64,000 nt of DNA from a virus (Duplodnaviria > Caudoviricetes), in IMG/VR virus record IMGVR_UViG_3300021255_003058, positions 1 to 64,000 of that record. One strand, given 5' to 3'. The position numbers and the translations under genes are program-made. The notes under the pieces are model-generated. The model was not told the origin of the DNA, did not search any database, and saw only the letters and a list, made by a program, of their open reading frames with translations. Positions 37,260 through 48,439 of the stretch are shown piece after piece; within the stretch, counting starts at the first letter, position 1; each line of letters begins with the position of its first letter.

Positions 37260-37293
37260 ATTGCTTTTATTTTATTTAATAATTATTAACAGA

Positions 37294-38361
37294 TTATATT
37301 ATATCTAATATTCCATTTAATTTGTTACTTTTTGCTTGAATTTGACTTTCTGCTATTGATGTATCTTTGCATATTTTATAATCATGATATTTTTCAAAAA
37401 TATCTAAAATTTCTTGTGGATATGAATCTTTTTCTAATGCAACGAGCATTCTATTATATTTGAAATGCTTTATAATATCTGATTCTGATTTATTAATTCT
37501 TCCTATGTAATTTTTTGAATTAATAAGATTATGAATATATTTGTTTATTTCATTGTCATCATTATAGTTTAATGAATAATCAATATCTTTTGATGCAACT
37601 TTAAATAATCGTTCTGATTTTGTTTTTGACGTTCTTAATATTATTGGATATATATTATCTCCTTTATCTCCTCTTATAATTTTGTCAATAATAATATTAG
37701 ATGGATCAATTTTTGTTACTTCATTTGATTTATTAATTAAGTTATTTAATATGTCTTCATTAATATTAAATTCTGTATTAAACAAAAAATTAAATTCTTC
37801 TTCTGGAAAATCTTTTATAAATAATCCATTTTGAGAATTCCACCATGCTGTAAAACATTTATTAGAATCTATATTCACTAATTGCTTAAGATCATTATCT
37901 TTAGTCCAAATAATACAATTAGTGCCTTGTGAATTAAGATATGTTGACCAATGATAACACCAATCATCTCCTTCAACTCCTTGCTCTTGACATGCAGTAA
38001 TTCCATTACTTTGTAATGTCGTTATAAATTCATCATAAGAATTAAATAATAATTCCCAGTTTATATCTGATGATCTTACACGATTTCCCTTATATTCTAC
38101 TGATTGATCTTCTGATGTTTTTTCTTTATATAAAAAATCTGGTACTTCAATAGAATTTCTCCAAGAACCGCCATCAGCAACAAAAATAATATTATCAATA
38201 TCTACAAATGTACGAAGTACAACATTTATAGATTTAATAAGCATTAGTTTAAGTTCTTGATTTAATTCATATTCATCAATATAACGATTATTTAATACTG
38301 AAAGTCTACTCATCAAAAGCCAGTTTCCATCAACAATTAATGTTAATTTACTTTTAGGCAT
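37294..38361 (-). CDS. rnh: T4 RNase H-like / FEN-family 5'-3' exonuclease
   Basis: LIVDGN, YKGNR, EGDD, DNDLKQL and GDKGDNI motifs. Confidence 0.85.
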   Translation of the reverse strand: MPKSKLTLIVDGNWLLMSRLSVLNNRYIDEYELNQELKLMLIKSINVVLRTFVDIDNIIFVADGGSWRNSIEVPDFLYKEKTSEDQSVEYKGNRVRSSDINWELLFNSYDEFITTLQSNGITACQEQGVEGDDWCYHWSTYLNSQGTNCIIWTKDNDLKQLVNIDSNKCFTAWWNSQNGLFIKDFPEEEFNFLFNTEFNINEDILNNLINKSNEVTKIDPSNIIIDKIIRGDKGDNIYPIILRTSKTKSERLFKVASKDIDYSLNYNDDNEINKYIHNLINSKNYIGRINKSESDIIKHFKYNRMLVALEKDSYPQEILDIFEKYHDYKICKDTSIAESQIQAKSNKLNGILDII

Positions 38362-38421
38362 ATTTATGAAAGTATATATTTATATAAAAATAGTAAACAT
38401 GCCTTATATAATAAAACATAT

Positions 38422-38740
38422 TTACTCATTATTTAATTTGTTATTTATATTACACCAGTTTGCACATTCTATGCCATTATTAAAAACAGCTAATGTTAAA
38501 AATTTATTCCCAAACAAATCATTTCCTTTGAATTCATGTAAAAATGATTTATACGAATATTCTACATTGCTTTTAAGAGGAGAATGTGTAACATATACAG
38601 GTTTCATAAACTTAATCGTATAATACTTTGTTACATTAACAATACAAGGAATATAATATATGTTATCTCTTTTTCTTGATAAAAAAACAACATTATATTC
38701 TTTATTGATTTCTAAATCTTTAAGTTCAATAAAATTCATA
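38422..38740 (-). CDS. hypothetical protein
   Basis: ORF in packed minus-strand block; start approximate. Confidence 0.55.
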
Positions 38741-38749
38741 TTAATATAT

Positions 38750-39121
38750 TTAATCTTTCTTGAATCTCTGTGTTGTAAACCAAGGACCAAGTTTAGCAAC
38801 CCACTTCATATATTTCATAAATGCCTCATCATTTTCATCAAAAATTTTAACATAAGGATTATCAGCAAAATACTTATTAAACTCTTCAGTATCCCATGAC
38901 CAAACAGAACCGTAAACATTTCCAGTATAAGAATGACTAATTCCAATTTCTAACCATTCCTGGTCTAATATCTTAGTATTTGGTTTGTCCATGAAAAGAA
39001 AACGAACAGCATTATCGGTACTAAGCCATTCAATAAGATCTGGATTAAATTTGATTACTGCACTCTTTGGCATTACATAACCTTTACGATCAACATAACA
39101 ATTATATGGAAGCTTACTCAT
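38750..39121 (-). CDS. hypothetical protein
   Basis: ORF in packed block. Confidence 0.7.
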   Translation of the reverse strand: MSKLPYNCYVDRKGYVMPKSAVIKFNPDLIEWLSTDNAVRFLFMDKPNTKILDQEWLEIGISHSYTGNVYGSVWSWDTEEFNKYFADNPYVKIFDENDEAFMKYMKWVAKLGPWFTTQRFKKD

Positions 39122-39123
39122 AA

Positions 39124-39327
39124 TTAAAAAATATATCCTTTTTCGTTTAACATTGACTGATACTTGAGATAAATTTCTTTTGCAATATCTCCCGTTGTCT
39201 TATGAATATAATCTTCTGTTTGATAATATCCAGTTGTAACAACCTTCTTTGATTTACTTTCAATAATTTTATATTGATAAGAATGTGATTGTGGATTCCA
39301 ACAGCAATTGATTTTTATCTTCTTCAT
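39124..39327 (-). CDS. hypothetical protein
   Basis: ORF in packed block. Confidence 0.6.
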   Translation of the reverse strand: MKKIKINCCWNPQSHSYQYKIIESKSKKVVTTGYYQTEDYIHKTTGDIAKEIYLKYQSMLNEKGYIF

Positions 39328-39676
39328 ATTAAAAAATATTTGATATTATTAACGATATTTTTCTATTTCTTTCTTAACTTCTCGTTTTGAATCTGTCTCA
39401 TATAAAACTTTGCATTTAGAAGCAATTAATTCATATTCCCAATCAGTTAAAATGCAGATTTCAGTTAAACCGTTTGGTAAAGTAACTTCTCCAATACAAC
39501 ATTTATGAGTCATATTTAATATATTTATTGATTACAAATATAATGAATGTTTTATGTTACCATCCATACATAAATAATATAGAACATATATTAAAAAATT
39601 AAATATTATATGAAAAATATTAAGATAAAAAATGCAGGTATTTCTACCTGCCTATACTACATTTGAGTTTTCAAAT

Positions 39677-39871
39677 TTACTCAGCAACTACTGTAGTATC
39701 TACTGCAATTGTGTCTGCAACAACTGAGTCTACTGCTGTGCTATCTACAAGTACAGTATCAACTTTTGTGCTATCTGCATCTGTTGCTGTTCCAGCTCCA
39801 CATCCATTACAAGATGAAACTGAGAAACCTAACATCATTGCAAAAATTAAAGCAAAAATTGTCTTTTTCAT
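39677..39871 (-). CDS. Small Bacteroidota-type lipoprotein
   Basis: Signal peptide with SSC lipobox; Asp/Thr/Val-rich tail. Confidence 0.75.
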   Translation of the reverse strand: MKKTIFALIFAMMLGFSVSSCNGCGAGTATDADSTKVDTVLVDSTAVDSVVADTIAVDTTVVAE

Positions 39872-39962
39872 TTTACGATTTGTTATATTTAAGTTAATAA
39901 AATAATTAAACGAATTATAAATAGTTCTTAACTATTATATATTCAATAAATAATAATATTTT

Positions 39963-40436
39963 TTATCGTCTTCCGCCAAAATTTCTATGATTATTGTGAT
40001 TTCTGTTAATATTCGAACGATTATTCCTTATTGGGGGTGTTACTCTGTTATGAAAACCTCTATTATGATGTCTATCTGGTCTATTAAATCCTCTATAATG
40101 ACCAGGTCTAAATCTATAGTCATATCTATGAGGTCTAAAATATGGTGGTCTATCAAAGTGAATAAAAGGACGTCTATATGCTCTTACATACCAATAATTA
40201 TTATAATAGAATGGATAGTAATATATATCTCTATAAATATAATATAATAATAGACCATCTCTATAATAAGGTGTTCCATATTGCATAATTACATCAAAAG
40301 ATACATTTGAACGAACAATATCTATTTCAGTTTCTGTATAAATATCGTCTTGTGTAGTTGCATATGTATATGTTTCACATGAACTTAATGAAAATATCAT
40401 CATTAAGCCAATTATTAAAATATATAATTTTTTCAT
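39963..40436 (-). CDS. Lipoprotein with Tyr-rich core and Arg/His-rich tail
   Basis: LSSC lipobox. Confidence 0.7.
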   Translation of the reverse strand: MKKLYILIIGLMMIFSLSSCETYTYATTQDDIYTETEIDIVRSNVSFDVIMQYGTPYYRDGLLLYYIYRDIYYYPFYYNNYWYVRAYRRPFIHFDRPPYFRPHRYDYRFRPGHYRGFNRPDRHHNRGFHNRVTPPIRNNRSNINRNHNNHRNFGGRR

Positions 40437-40444
40437 AATAAATA

Positions 40445-40669
40445 TTAACTTAATTTTGTTGCTAATATTTTAGCTCGTTCAATTGCAGCATCTGCTAATT
40501 GTGATGCTGATTTAGATGTATGATCAAAATCTGAATTTACATATAAGCGAATAGCAATATCCTGAATCATCTTTTTTGGATCATTATTTAACGCTTTTAT
40601 AATTTGATCAAGTTTTTGATTAGTTTCAGTTAAATCTATACTAGTTCCTTCTGGTCCAGATTCAGCCAT
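40445..40669 (-). CDS. hypothetical protein
   Basis: ORF in packed block. Confidence 0.65.
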   Translation of the reverse strand: MAESGPEGTSIDLTETNQKLDQIIKALNNDPKKMIQDIAIRLYVNSDFDHTSKSASQLADAAIERAKILATKLS

Positions 40670-40684
40670 GTTTATTTAAAAATA

Positions 40685-41272
40685 TTATATTTCTTCTGTA
40701 ATAAATTTTTCTAAAGGATTAAATTTAAGTTTAATAAAATTATTATAATATTCTTTCATTTCATTATAATCTTTAATCGTCTTTATATTTTTTAAATCAT
40801 TTTTCTTTAATGCATCATATCTACAACTAAAGTATTCCCATTTTTTATCATTTATTAAATCAATAAGATTTCTATAAATATATTGATAAAGTTTATCATC
40901 TGAATAATCTATACAATATTTATTGAATGTTTTTCCTGTTTCAGTATTATATAATACATATCCATACCATCCTGTATCTCGAGACGTTATAGAATAGTAT
41001 ATAAATAATTTATTATACTTTCCAGGATTCCATTTGTTGTAAGTAAGATCATAAATTAAACAATTAGTCTTTGCTCTATTAAAACGTTCTTGTTCTTCTA
41101 CACTTATTTTATTATTTTTTTCATTTAATGATGTAATTATAGCATATGATGAAAATTTTGCATAATCAATCATTCTGCCACTACTAAATAATCCTTGTAA
41201 AATAAGTGCTCCTTTTTGTTTGAAATTATCAAATTCCTGGTAATTAATTGCTAAATTTAATTCGTAATTCAT
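40685..41272 (-). CDS. hypothetical protein
   Basis: ORF in packed block. Confidence 0.7.
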   Translation of the reverse strand: MNYELNLAINYQEFDNFKQKGALILQGLFSSGRMIDYAKFSSYAIITSLNEKNNKISVEEQERFNRAKTNCLIYDLTYNKWNPGKYNKLFIYYSITSRDTGWYGYVLYNTETGKTFNKYCIDYSDDKLYQYIYRNLIDLINDKKWEYFSCRYDALKKNDLKNIKTIKDYNEMKEYYNNFIKLKFNPLEKFITEEI

Positions 41273-41290
41273 ATATTAAGTTTTATAATT

Positions 41291-41869
41291 TTATTCTCTT
41301 TCATTTAACAGATTTTCTAATTGGAAAATTATCCAATCACTATTTTCAATTGAAATATTATCTGTCTTTTGAAGTTCACTTCTAATATAATTGATTACGG
41401 TACTCTTAATTACACGTTTAGGATATTTCTCTTGAATTTTATCATATATATCAAGTACAGTATCATCAATCCCCATAATTGATATATCCTCTTTATATTC
41501 CTCATGATATGCACTTTTATAAAGATATAAGAAATGATTTAATAGATATTCTTTATAAAAGAGACTTTCAGAAGGTTTCATATCTTTAAGTTTCAAAAAA
41601 TCTTGAATATTTAATTTATCTTCTTGATAATGTTCTTTACCTTCACTATCAAGATAATACTTAAAAAATGAAAACCATGCATCAGTATATTTATCTTTAT
41701 TAATAACTGTATGCATCAAATAATCAATAAAGTCTGGATTGGTTTCCAAAGCTTCATATATATCTTGTTGTCCATCCCAATAAAATAATATTGGAGTACC
41801 GTTTTTATTTATAATTTTATCATTTGAAATAACATTAATTGCTACTAATGATTCACTCATAAATTCCAT
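41291..41869 (-). CDS. hypothetical protein
   Basis: ORF in packed block. Confidence 0.7.
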   Translation of the reverse strand: MEFMSESLVAINVISNDKIINKNGTPILFYWDGQQDIYEALETNPDFIDYLMHTVINKDKYTDAWFSFFKYYLDSEGKEHYQEDKLNIQDFLKLKDMKPSESLFYKEYLLNHFLYLYKSAYHEEYKEDISIMGIDDTVLDIYDKIQEKYPKRVIKSTVINYIRSELQKTDNISIENSDWIIFQLENLLNERE

Positions 41870-41911
41870 TAATAATTTTGTATCTGTAATATAGTTAATA
41901 TGTGTTAATTT

Positions 41912-42478
41912 TTAAAATTTAATTCCATCATAATTTACGAAATTATATATTGCATCTTCTACATAATATTGTCCGTATTTTTTCATTAACTCATATTTGT
42001 TTTCTGTAATTGAACTTGGTTCAGCAATAAACATAATATTATCTAATGGAACATATCTAAATCTTGCTTTACCTTCTTTATTAAAGTAAAATATTTCTAC
42101 AATTTGCATTTTTTTCCAAGGATGTCCATTATTAGTTCTTTCAATTAATGACAAAACTTTAACTTTTATTTCATCATCAACTTTAGCATTTTCAAACCAA
42201 ATTGCATTATCATTTTCAAATTTTAATTCTTGTGTACGGCAAAACTTATTATCATACCAAGCTTTGAAATTTTCTTTATTATCCCACAATTCATTTTCTT
42301 TATACCAATTACCACATATAAGATATTCAATTGTAGGACTCATATAATCACTTGGACCCATATATGTAATATGAATCTTTATTTCACTAATATGCCCATG
42401 CTTAGGTGTTTGTTTGTTTTTATGAATATACCAAACATCTTCTCCAATTTTATATAAAAAACAAACTGCGTGCTCCAT
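41912..42478 (-). CDS. hypothetical protein
   Basis: ORF in packed block. Confidence 0.7.
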   Translation of the reverse strand: MEHAVCFLYKIGEDVWYIHKNKQTPKHGHISEIKIHITYMGPSDYMSPTIEYLICGNWYKENELWDNKENFKAWYDNKFCRTQELKFENDNAIWFENAKVDDEIKVKVLSLIERTNNGHPWKKMQIVEIFYFNKEGKARFRYVPLDNIMFIAEPSSITENKYELMKKYGQYYVEDAIYNFVNYDGIKF

Positions 42479-42480
42479 AG

Positions 42481-42825
42481 TTAATCTAAATTAAAAAGTT
42501 GGTCTTCAGTTACATTATAACCACCATCTCTATCTACACAACAAATATTAAATGGATTTTTGCATTCTTGTATTTTTTGAATTAACTTAAGTTTTAATTC
42601 ATCAATTTTCTGTTGTGTAAAATATTTTTCTTGTACTAATTCTTCCTGTTTATCATATTCTTTATACCAATCTTCTTCAGTAGCTTCTTTTCCTAATAAT
42701 GGTAAGTCAGGAAATGGTTTTGTATAAACAGTTATATCATCTAATTCTAATTCATTTTTTAATGATATTCTAAATCTGAATACATCATTATCTACATATT
42801 CTTTATTCATCTTTAATAATTCCAA
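42481..42825 (-). CDS. hypothetical protein
   Basis: ORF in packed block. Confidence 0.65.
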   Translation of the reverse strand: MELLKMNKEYVDNDVFRFRISLKNELELDDITVYTKPFPDLPLLGKEATEEDWYKEYDKQEELVQEKYFTQQKIDELKLKLIQKIQECKNPFNICCVDRDGGYNVTEDQLFNLD

Positions 42826-42991
42826 ATAGTTTTAAGTTGTTTTCAATATCCTTTTCAATTTTTTCTAATCGTTCATCAATATCACCCCAAAAATGTGAGC
42901 CACAAAAATCATTAACTAAAGGATTTTTTAGAAATTCTGTCTTTTTACGAATTTCTATGATTTCATTTAATACTTCAATATCTCTAATCAT
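42803..42991 (-). CDS. hypothetical protein
   Basis: ORF in packed block. Confidence 0.6.
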   Translation of the reverse strand: MIRDIEVLNEIIEIRKKTEFLKNPLVNDFCGSHFWGDIDERLEKIEKDIENNLKLFGIIKDE

Positions 42992-43179
42992 TACTCAATA
43001 AGTTTAAAGTTTTTATCAAAATCTTCTTCTTGTATATAAATATAATCATCCCACCCTCCATTTTGATATACTTGATAATAGAGTGGAAAAATATCTACTT
43101 GATATTCTCTTCCTTTATGAAATATCAAATCTTCAATTTCATAGTCTTCAGTACAGACACAAGTACGTTCAAACTTCAT
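42991..43179 (-). CDS. hypothetical protein
   Basis: ORF in packed block. Confidence 0.6.
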   Translation of the reverse strand: MKFERTCVCTEDYEIEDLIFHKGREYQVDIFPLYYQVYQNGGWDDYIYIQEEDFDKNFKLIE

Positions 43180-43335
43180 ATTCTTCCTTTTCTTTTTTAT
43201 CTGTATTAATAATTATTGTTTTCTTTGGTCCATGTATTGCTTCACCCATTGCTCCTAATATCCAGCAAAGACCACAAACCAAAAAGAATGTAGTCCAAGG
43301 ATATTCATTTACAAGTTCAAAAAATTCACGCATAA

Positions 43336-43539
43336 TCAAAAGAATGTTTTAAATATTTTCTGTTCATTAGAATCTATAATTTCTCCTTCAAGTTTAAGAG
43401 TGACTTTTATTTTGCCATCATTTAAACCTATAGGAGAATTATATTCAACTTCTATTTTTAAATTATCTTTTAAGTATTTCTTAACTTCATTATCAATGTA
43501 TTCTGTATTTAATGGTTTTGCTAACATACATTGTAACAA
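43336..43539 (-). CDS. hypothetical protein
   Basis: ORF in packed block. Confidence 0.55.
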   Translation of the reverse strand: MLQCMLAKPLNTEYIDNEVKKYLKDNLKIEVEYNSPIGLNDGKIKVTLKLEGEIIDSNEQKIFKTFF

Positions 43540-43609
43540 TATATTTATTACAATATAGTAAATACCAATATATTATTTATAATTTTACACCCCAATATTC
43601 TATAAGTTA

Positions 43610-43891
43610 CTATGAATTAAATTTAATATTGTTTCCGTCCCAGTCATATTGTTTCAAAAACCAACTTAACATCTTCTTATGATTATGATTAAGAAAATCT
43701 GGAGAAGAATAAATAATATCAAATGAATCAGTATCAAAATGATACAAGCCAGTCAACTTACACTTATTATTTACAAATTTCTTATATGTATGCCGCTTGA
43801 CAATCATACAATATAGATCACCATTAGCATCATACTTCGTAGGTTGAAATACATACGGACCGCGCCTTACTGAATTTGTTGCTGATAACAT
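43610..43891 (-). CDS. hypothetical protein (ends TAG-TAA)
   Basis: ORF in packed block. Confidence 0.65.
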   Translation of the reverse strand: MLSATNSVRRGPYVFQPTKYDANGDLYCMIVKRHTYKKFVNNKCKLTGLYHFDTDSFDIIYSSPDFLNHNHKKMLSWFLKQYDWDGNNIKFNS

Positions 43892-43892
43892 A

Positions 43893-44213
43893 TTAAAGAA
43901 TTATTTTACGATTATATTCCTGTTTAACACCGAAGCCAAAACGATAAATACCGTCTTTATAACCAATATAGAACTGACAACCAGTAGGAATATGAACAAC
44001 TTTAAATGCAATTTTGTTATCCATGAAATTTGTATTGTGATCTTTGTTTGCCTTCTCAAGAACCTTATCAAACAAATTCTTTATCTTTTTATCTCCAGTT
44101 CCTGGGCTCCATATCTCATCATACATTCCAAGTGTATATAAAACAACAGAAGGATAAGGATAAAACTCAGTTACCTTCAATTCGTCCATTCGTAAATTAA
44201 ATGTACTATACAT
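43893..44213 (-). CDS. hypothetical protein
   Basis: ORF in packed block. Confidence 0.65.
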   Translation of the reverse strand: MYSTFNLRMDELKVTEFYPYPSVVLYTLGMYDEIWSPGTGDKKIKNLFDKVLEKANKDHNTNFMDNKIAFKVVHIPTGCQFYIGYKDGIYRFGFGVKQEYNRKIIL

Positions 44214-44406
44214 ATTAGTTATTAATATATTTATTGTAATACTTATTATAGTTCTTTATAATATCAATATAATCATGATAATTCAAACCAGTTTCAATAA
44301 GTACCTCACTCATTTGCATTATCATATTATATTTGCCTTTCATTTGACAATTGTAATACTTAAGGAACTTTTTCTTTGTCATAGTTTATATAATTAATAA
44401 TTAATA

Positions 44407-44982
44407 TTAATCAATACGAGATTCAATTCGCATTTCAATTCCCTTTGTTCTTGCAAAATCTACAACATAACTATAATATAAATTTTGAAGATTAAACATC
44501 TGATACCAAATTGCTTCAAGCGGACATCCAATTTTCTTAAGATAATTATAATCTTTCTTTGAAAATTTTTTTACAAGCATATTCAATACTTCATTTCCTC
44601 TATATTTTCTAGCTGCTTCATCAATAGCTTTTGCTTTCTTATTATTCTTATTGTATTTTAACCAAGTAATACCGCAGCCATAGCCAACGAATGCCCATCT
44701 TTTTTTATTTCCATTTTTATTTGGAACATCATTTTCAAGAACTGATTTGAACCCAGTTTCTTTAAGAAGACCTTCGTACATTGAATCAATATTAGACTTA
44801 AGATAGTCAAGAAGCTCATCTTCAATAGTCTTCTTAGATGCCTTTTTATAATTTGGATCACCAAGCTCTTTGATCATTTTTGCAGCCTCTTCTTTAGAAA
44901 GAATTTTATTACGATAATCCTTTTTTGTAATACAGAAAAGGGCCCAACGTTGACGAGGAGTTGCAGTATTTTCTATGTTCAT
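44407..44982 (-). CDS. hypothetical protein
   Basis: ORF after promoter-like motif. Confidence 0.75.
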   Translation of the reverse strand: MNIENTATPRQRWALFCITKKDYRNKILSKEEAAKMIKELGDPNYKKASKKTIEDELLDYLKSNIDSMYEGLLKETGFKSVLENDVPNKNGNKKRWAFVGYGCGITWLKYNKNNKKAKAIDEAARKYRGNEVLNMLVKKFSKKDYNYLKKIGCPLEAIWYQMFNLQNLYYSYVVDFARTKGIEMRIESRID

Positions 44983-45056
44983 ATTTTATATATTAATTAC
45001 TGAATACATAAATAAAATAGAACATTATATATAAAATTCAAATATTATTAAAAAAA

Positions 45057-45689
45057 TTAATCTTCATATCCATTTCTTACTCTATATTCAAGATAATTAC
45101 AAAACCATCTTGCAGCAATTTCGGCTTCATGTTTTGTAAACCAAATAGTGTTTCCTTCTTTATCTTTTACTTGTCTATTACCAATCTTTGCAGACCATTT
45201 AGATAATCCAGTATAATTGTATTTAACATCAGAAAAATGTATTAACTCTTCAGTTGGATAAACTAGCTCTTCAGAATATTTATCTTCTATTATTTCACAA
45301 TAACAATCATTTTTATTTGGCCAAACAAAAATTTGAAGACCATTTGATAGATACATATTTGTACCTTTTGAAAATGACTTAATACGATCTAAATATGTTG
45401 TATCTTTTAATTTATTTGCAATATCAAACCAATCATTTTCAAATATTTTAGTCAATATTTGTACTGATACACCCCAATTGCTATTGAAATCATTTAAAAA
45501 ATGTCTAAATACACTTCCGTCTTTTCTTGTTACTAAAAATTCATTATTGATTTTTTCATAAGTACCCATAGCAATATCTTTGCTTACAATCATATCAAAA
45601 TGTTTAATGACATCTTGTAAGTTTTCTGGCTTAAGATACCAGTAAGATTTGTTTTCTTTATTAAAATGAATTTTTACAAAATGATACAT
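45057..45689 (-). CDS. hypothetical protein
   Basis: ORF in packed block. Confidence 0.7.
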   Translation of the reverse strand: MYHFVKIHFNKENKSYWYLKPENLQDVIKHFDMIVSKDIAMGTYEKINNEFLVTRKDGSVFRHFLNDFNSNWGVSVQILTKIFENDWFDIANKLKDTTYLDRIKSFSKGTNMYLSNGLQIFVWPNKNDCYCEIIEDKYSEELVYPTEELIHFSDVKYNYTGLSKWSAKIGNRQVKDKEGNTIWFTKHEAEIAARWFCNYLEYRVRNGYED

Positions 45690-45690
45690 A

Positions 45691-46164
45691 TTAAAATAAA
45701 ATAAATGACATTATTGCTGGATGAAGATGCTTATTTGTTCTCAAGATAATATCTGAATGCTTTCTGGAGTCTCCGATATATACTGCATTATCTTTATATG
45801 TATATAATAGATTAGTATATGATGTTACATTGCCCTTATAAAATTTTCCAAATGAATGTGTTCCAATGATATTAAATGACATTGTAGAGTTTCCTCTATA
45901 AAGTTTATTATTATGCCATGTAGCAAGTATATCTGATCTTTTTCGTGAATTTCCTAAATAAATGTACTTTCCATCAAATGAAATTGTAATATCTCGTGTT
46001 GAACGTGAACGACCTTCATATAAGTAACCGTTGTAATAATTCCATTTTATATCAGAATATGATGATGAATTTCCAATAAATATATTTTGAGCATTTGAAT
46101 TAATTGAAAACCACAGAATAAAAAGAAATATAAACTTATGCATATTAATTAAATATTTGTACAT
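45691..46164 (-). CDS. Secreted repeat protein
   Basis: Signal peptide (SINSNA-Q); about 22-aa YxGNS..SDI repeats. Confidence 0.6.
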   Translation of the reverse strand: MYKYLINMHKFIFLFILWFSINSNAQNIFIGNSSSYSDIKWNYYNGYLYEGRSRSTRDITISFDGKYIYLGNSRKRSDILATWHNNKLYRGNSTMSFNIIGTHSFGKFYKGNVTSYTNLLYTYKDNAVYIGDSRKHSDIILRTNKHLHPAIMSFILF

Positions 46165-46466
46165 TTATCTGAATCCATGTCTAAAATCTTGCCAGTTGAC
46201 CAGTCTGTCTTTACACAATGAGTAAAATACTCAGTATGCATTGTTAAAAGTGAAAGAATTGCAGTTGTTTCCTTAGGAGCATCATTTCCATTAGCAGTAA
46301 TCCAAGGCTCGTTAATATTGAACTTAATGTATCTGAAATTATAGTTGCCATGATATCCATCAGTTTCATAAAAATCTTTGATGAGAGCTTCAATTACTAA
46401 CCTCATATTTTTCTTTGAAGAAAATACACCAACAAAACTACCGTTTCTTCTAATTAATGCGTACAT
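46149..46466 (-). CDS. hypothetical protein
   Basis: ORF in packed block. Confidence 0.65.
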   Translation of the reverse strand: MYALIRRNGSFVGVFSSKKNMRLVIEALIKDFYETDGYHGNYNFRYIKFNINEPWITANGNDAPKETTAILSLLTMHTEYFTHCVKTDWSTGKILDMDSDKCTNI

Positions 46467-46479
46467 AATATTATATATT

Positions 46480-46722
46480 TTAACAAAAATTCAACCTCAT
46501 AGTAACATACCCAATCACTCCCCAATAGTTTTCTCTAAGATAATTTTCATCTTTGTCTGAAAGTATTTCCATGCAATTCAAAAACTCCTTAAGAACATTT
46601 ACGGGATATTCTTGTAGTTCAACAAGTACATTGTAAATATCTTCATTATTATTATACTTTGTTTTTGCTTCTGCAAACAAATCAACTAAATTCTGAATGT
46701 CTGATGATTTATACTTTAACAT
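46480..46722 (-). CDS. hypothetical protein
   Basis: ORF in packed block. Confidence 0.65.
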   Translation of the reverse strand: MLKYKSSDIQNLVDLFAEAKTKYNNNEDIYNVLVELQEYPVNVLKEFLNCMEILSDKDENYLRENYWGVIGYVTMRLNFC

Positions 46723-46734
46723 ATTATATATAAT

Positions 46735-46971
46735 TTAATTAGCCATTGATTTAATTACATTCATCTCTGTATTTCCAAGAATAGAATGAATTTCAGCAAG
46801 ATCACGTATATTATTTTCCATTACTTTAAGAATCTTGTCGCTTTTCAATTCACCGTTTTCAACTTTCTTTTTGTATATTTCATACTTTTCGGAAAGATTA
46901 CGCTCAGCATTATAAATAGCTTCAAATAATGCATTTAACTGAAATTGATTTGCTTCAAATATAACTTTCAT
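46735..46971 (-). CDS. hypothetical protein
   Basis: ORF after promoter-like motif. Confidence 0.65.
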   Translation of the reverse strand: MKVIFEANQFQLNALFEAIYNAERNLSEKYEIYKKKVENGELKSDKILKVMENNIRDLAEIHSILGNTEMNVIKSMAN

Positions 46972-47077
46972 ATAATATATATTTTTAATTATATATAAAA
47001 TATAGTATAAGATTTATAAAATTCAAATATAATTCAAATTTCACATGAAATTTTCATGTTATATAATATGAATAATT

Positions 47078-47305
47078 TTATTTATTGATTAATTTCCTTA
47101 ATTCTTTATAATCATCAGTATGCATATATGCTCCACAATCATAATCTTCTTCGCGAGGATCATCATCATTGGTATCATCAAAATAATAACAGTCTTTTAC
47201 TGGGTCAAAATCTAAACAATCAGGAAATTTATTTTGACCACCATTAATACATACTTGACACCTACAAAGCAATTTCTTTGATAATTCTTCTCGTTTATAA
47301 TTCAT
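47078..47305 (-). CDS. hypothetical Cys-rich protein
   Basis: ORF in packed block. Confidence 0.6.
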   Translation of the reverse strand: MNYKREELSKKLLCRCQVCINGGQNKFPDCLDFDPVKDCYYFDDTNDDDPREEDYDCGAYMHTDDYKELRKLINK

Positions 47306-47314
47306 AATACATTT

Positions 47315-47641
47315 TTATTTGAATTTATTTATAATTCGTTTCCATAAAGATCTATTTGCTTTAGGTCTATCTAAATGTATTTTTATATAATGTCTCCTAT
47401 GAATAGTAACATAATATCCATTTTCAATAAGTTTTTCTTTAACTGCTTTTGCTAGCATTTCTTCAGTTTCACAGTCACCCCAATTAATAGAAGTAGATGA
47501 TTCTCTTATTCCATATTCTGTTACACTTTTCTGAAAATCTTCAATTGATTTTTTATAATATTCATTAATTTTCTTGCGGAAATTTTTTGTAAATTCACTT
47601 TCTAATTCTGACATTACCTTTTCTGCTTCTAACCCACTCAT
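47315..47641 (-). CDS. hypothetical protein
   Basis: ORF in packed block. Confidence 0.65.
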   Translation of the reverse strand: MSGLEAEKVMSELESEFTKNFRKKINEYYKKSIEDFQKSVTEYGIRESSTSINWGDCETEEMLAKAVKEKLIENGYYVTIHRRHYIKIHLDRPKANRSLWKRIINKFK

Positions 47642-48156
47642 TTTTCAAAAAAATAAATTATGTTATCAATTATTCTTTTTATCTTTTTTGTAATTCTATA
47701 TAATATAAACAATTTATAGTTCATATTATTTGCAATTTAAAGGTTTATCTCTATCTTCGCAAGACAACATGCATTTATAACAATTACCATCACAGAGACC
47801 TTCAAAAATATATTTCTGTGAATCTGATAAACTATCATATAATTTCTTTGTATTCATTATTTATTATAATATTCTTGTGATCTATTAATTATATTATAAA
47901 TCCTTAATTTGGATTATGTTTATTTTTCAAAAAACCAAAATATGTTATCTAAAAATTTTTGTATTTTTCTTACAATTATATATATCTTATTCATTATTTA
48001 TATTCTCCTAATTTAATTAAATTATTCATTTCTCTTTCAAAATATAATAATTGTGTATCAGTGACATTTAATATCCACATATTCATATATTCTTTTGACT
48101 TAAGATACTTTGAATGCCAATTTATTCTGCATCTCCATTCAAGATATCTTTTAATA

Positions 48157-48438
48157 TCATTTCTCATAACTTAATGTAATTGGAATAATACTTATTTTAT
48201 ATTTTTTCTTAGGTGTATAACAAGTCTTTATAAATTCTATTAAAGACAAAATACGTTTATTTTCATCAATATTAAGACCGTAATTGAATTTCATTGCATC
48301 CCAGATATTACCTGTGTTCCTAGCAATTAAATGTCCATATTGATCTAAAGCAATATCTAACAAATAATAATGCTCTTCATACCCATTTATAGAATCTGGC
48401 ATTTTAATAATGCTTATGACATGTTTTGTTGTTTCCAT
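48157..48438 (-). CDS. hypothetical protein
   Basis: ORF in packed block. Confidence 0.6.
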   Translation of the reverse strand: METTKHVISIIKMPDSINGYEEHYYLLDIALDQYGHLIARNTGNIWDAMKFNYGLNIDENKRILSLIEFIKTCYTPKKKYKISIIPITLSYEK

Positions 48439-48439
48439 T